Assembly: GCA_002633005.1 (NCBI GenBank)
Contig: NMRA01001039.1
Location: 1 to 34,419, forward strand
Length of the DNA: 34,419 bases
From: Phoronis australis
Taxonomy: Eukaryota; Animalia; Phoronida
Reading direction: 5' to 3'
Shown: positions 32,771 to 34,419 of the stretch, piece after piece
Layout of the letters: each line of letters starts with the position of its first letter
Position numbering within the stretch: the stretch's first letter is position 1
Program-made: the position numbers and the translations under genes
Notes under the pieces: model-generated
What the model was told of the DNA's origin: nothing
The model's database searches: none
What the model saw: the letters and a program-made list of their open reading frames with translations, nothing else

Positions 32771-34419
32771 TATTATACTGGACAAAAACTGTCTCAAAAC
32801 GGAACGTCAAAACGGTGACGTCATCGATATCGGGGCTCTTCATGCTGGATGTTGGTGCTGCCCTCTGCCATCTGCTACTAATCTGTGGTACTTGGAAGTG
32901 TTTTGTCGTGCTTTTGGACACTTAATCATGCCGAGAGAAAATGTAAGTTTGATTTGGCATAAGTAGAGTAAAATTTTGCCATCACGACTATCTTTTTTCC
33001 ATATCCCGTGTGGTATAAGAAATTCCTGTGGACAAAAGTAGCACTGATAATGATGCCCATGCAGACTGATCTACATTACTTTCTTTACTGTTGTATTGGA
33101 CAAAAAATGTCGAAATATAACAGACTGGCATTAGCTATAATGCTTACTGTTGTACAGTCAAGTGACCTAATTATCGGACGTTTTGGCACATTTTGCATTA
33201 TATTTAATTGAAAATGAGATTACCCGACCCAGGGATCGAACCAGCAACCCCCATAAAACCGACAAGCGTGCGAACCATTCAGCTAATAGATATATGGCAC
33301 GATATAGGGTAAAGTGAAAACGTGCATTTTAAAATGTATACAGGGGGGTCGATGGTCAGGCCGGCGAGATACAGTCTTAGTAGTGTCCCGGCGGTCCACG
33401 GTGTCAAGTCCGGCAGCTTGCGGGGTCTGCGGTGCCGAGGCCCGAGCGGTGCAGGCCGGTCTGTCCCTGCGTATGTGCAAAAAGTCCCAAGAAATGTGTC
33501 GATTATTGGCCATTTGAGTCGCTTTCAGGAACGTTGGGTTGAAAAATTTTGCGAGTACAAAGAAATGTGTATATGACTATCGGCGCCGGAGTGCGGAATC
33601 ACGGTAGCCGTCGGGTAGGAGCCTGGCCAGTGGAAGACAGGGGGCGCACGTCCATACTGGGCACTGAGTTGAAGACAGGGGGCGCACGGGTACATTCTCT
33701 TTGGCGGAGCGGAGCGGACGGGACTGAGATCTGAGGTTTGTGGACTTTTGTTACTCCGGGCATGATTAGGAAGTTTCCGCGGATTTTTGTCGTGAAACGA
33801 AATGTGTCGATTTCACCCTCAATAATCAACACATTTTAAAATGCGCGTTTTCACTATACCCTATATCGTGCCACTGTTGAGCTAATAGGCAATTGCCCCT
33901 TAGCGAGTAGCTAACAGAGGCTCATATAATTCACCGCAAGCACATCTACAACATTCCCCCCTTCCCTACGGAACGGGCACGCGACCAGGAAGGTGAACAC
34001 CAGGATGTCTCGCATACGGGTCATCAACGTCCCTTGGTACCTTTACCACCACAACACAGGTGAACACAAGGTAGTCTCTCATACAGGTCCTTGACTCCTG
34101 GAACCTTCCACGCGCGCCGTCCCGAGGTCCGTGGGTACTAGTTGGCAGTGCTTCATTGGTAGATCATCCGGAAGCACATCTACAACAAAAATACTACGGA
34201 TTGTTGTAAATTCTTTGCTGATGTAAAGACTTACCTTTACGGAATTGTTCTGTTACTATATCTGGTCATTTATGTTCTGACTGATCTTTAAAAAACACAA
34301 ATAGCAACCCTTCGGAGAACCTAAATATCGAACACCATGTTTCCCCATACGCCCCACCACAGAAATCTGACTAACCTCGTAATGGCCGCAGGCACCTTGC
34401 AGCCAAATCTAAGCTCGAG
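32771..34419. mobile_element. Copy 2 of the nested composite element (runs off the window end)
   Basis: Near-identical to 19109-20790, including the TA element start (33155), the TRIM (33215-34187) and the MITE (33290-33879). The left flank is the coiled-coil exon. Confidence 0.85.

Noticed and set aside
32446-32925. 159-aa hydrophobic plus-strand ORF
   Set aside because: Antisense shadow of the coiled-coil exon running into the TE; no GPCR TM6/TM7 motifs.

Overview
Eukaryotic, AT-rich, repeat-dense genomic DNA, most likely from a marine invertebrate (the taxon cannot be fixed from sequence). Most ORFs in the supplied track are spurious; the real genes are spliced. (1) Plus strand: three phase-compatible exons (5405-5567, 11305-11429, 14125-14474) encode TM1-TM5/ICL3 of a class A GPCR that looks like a group-4 opsin (Go-opsin/peropsin/RGR/Opn5 clade). 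I could not find its first exon or its TM6-TM7 exons. (2) Minus strand: a disrupted gene whose coiled-coil exon (32770-32342, two in-frame stops) splices in phase onto a Link (Xlink) module exon. The Link exon appears twice, on either side of a single-N assembly join at 28369, probably as two haplotypes. (3) Transposable elements: an internally deleted Academ-like remnant; a 2.3 kb IS3EU-type element whose filled and empty sites are both in the window; TTAA-, TA-, hAT- and Harbinger-like MITEs; and a tRNA-derived SINE. There is also a four-layer nested composite (minisatellite element > TA-targeting DNA element > miniature LTR element with a tRNA-like LTR > MITE), present as two near-identical copies with different left flanks. 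All calls were made by eye, without database searches.
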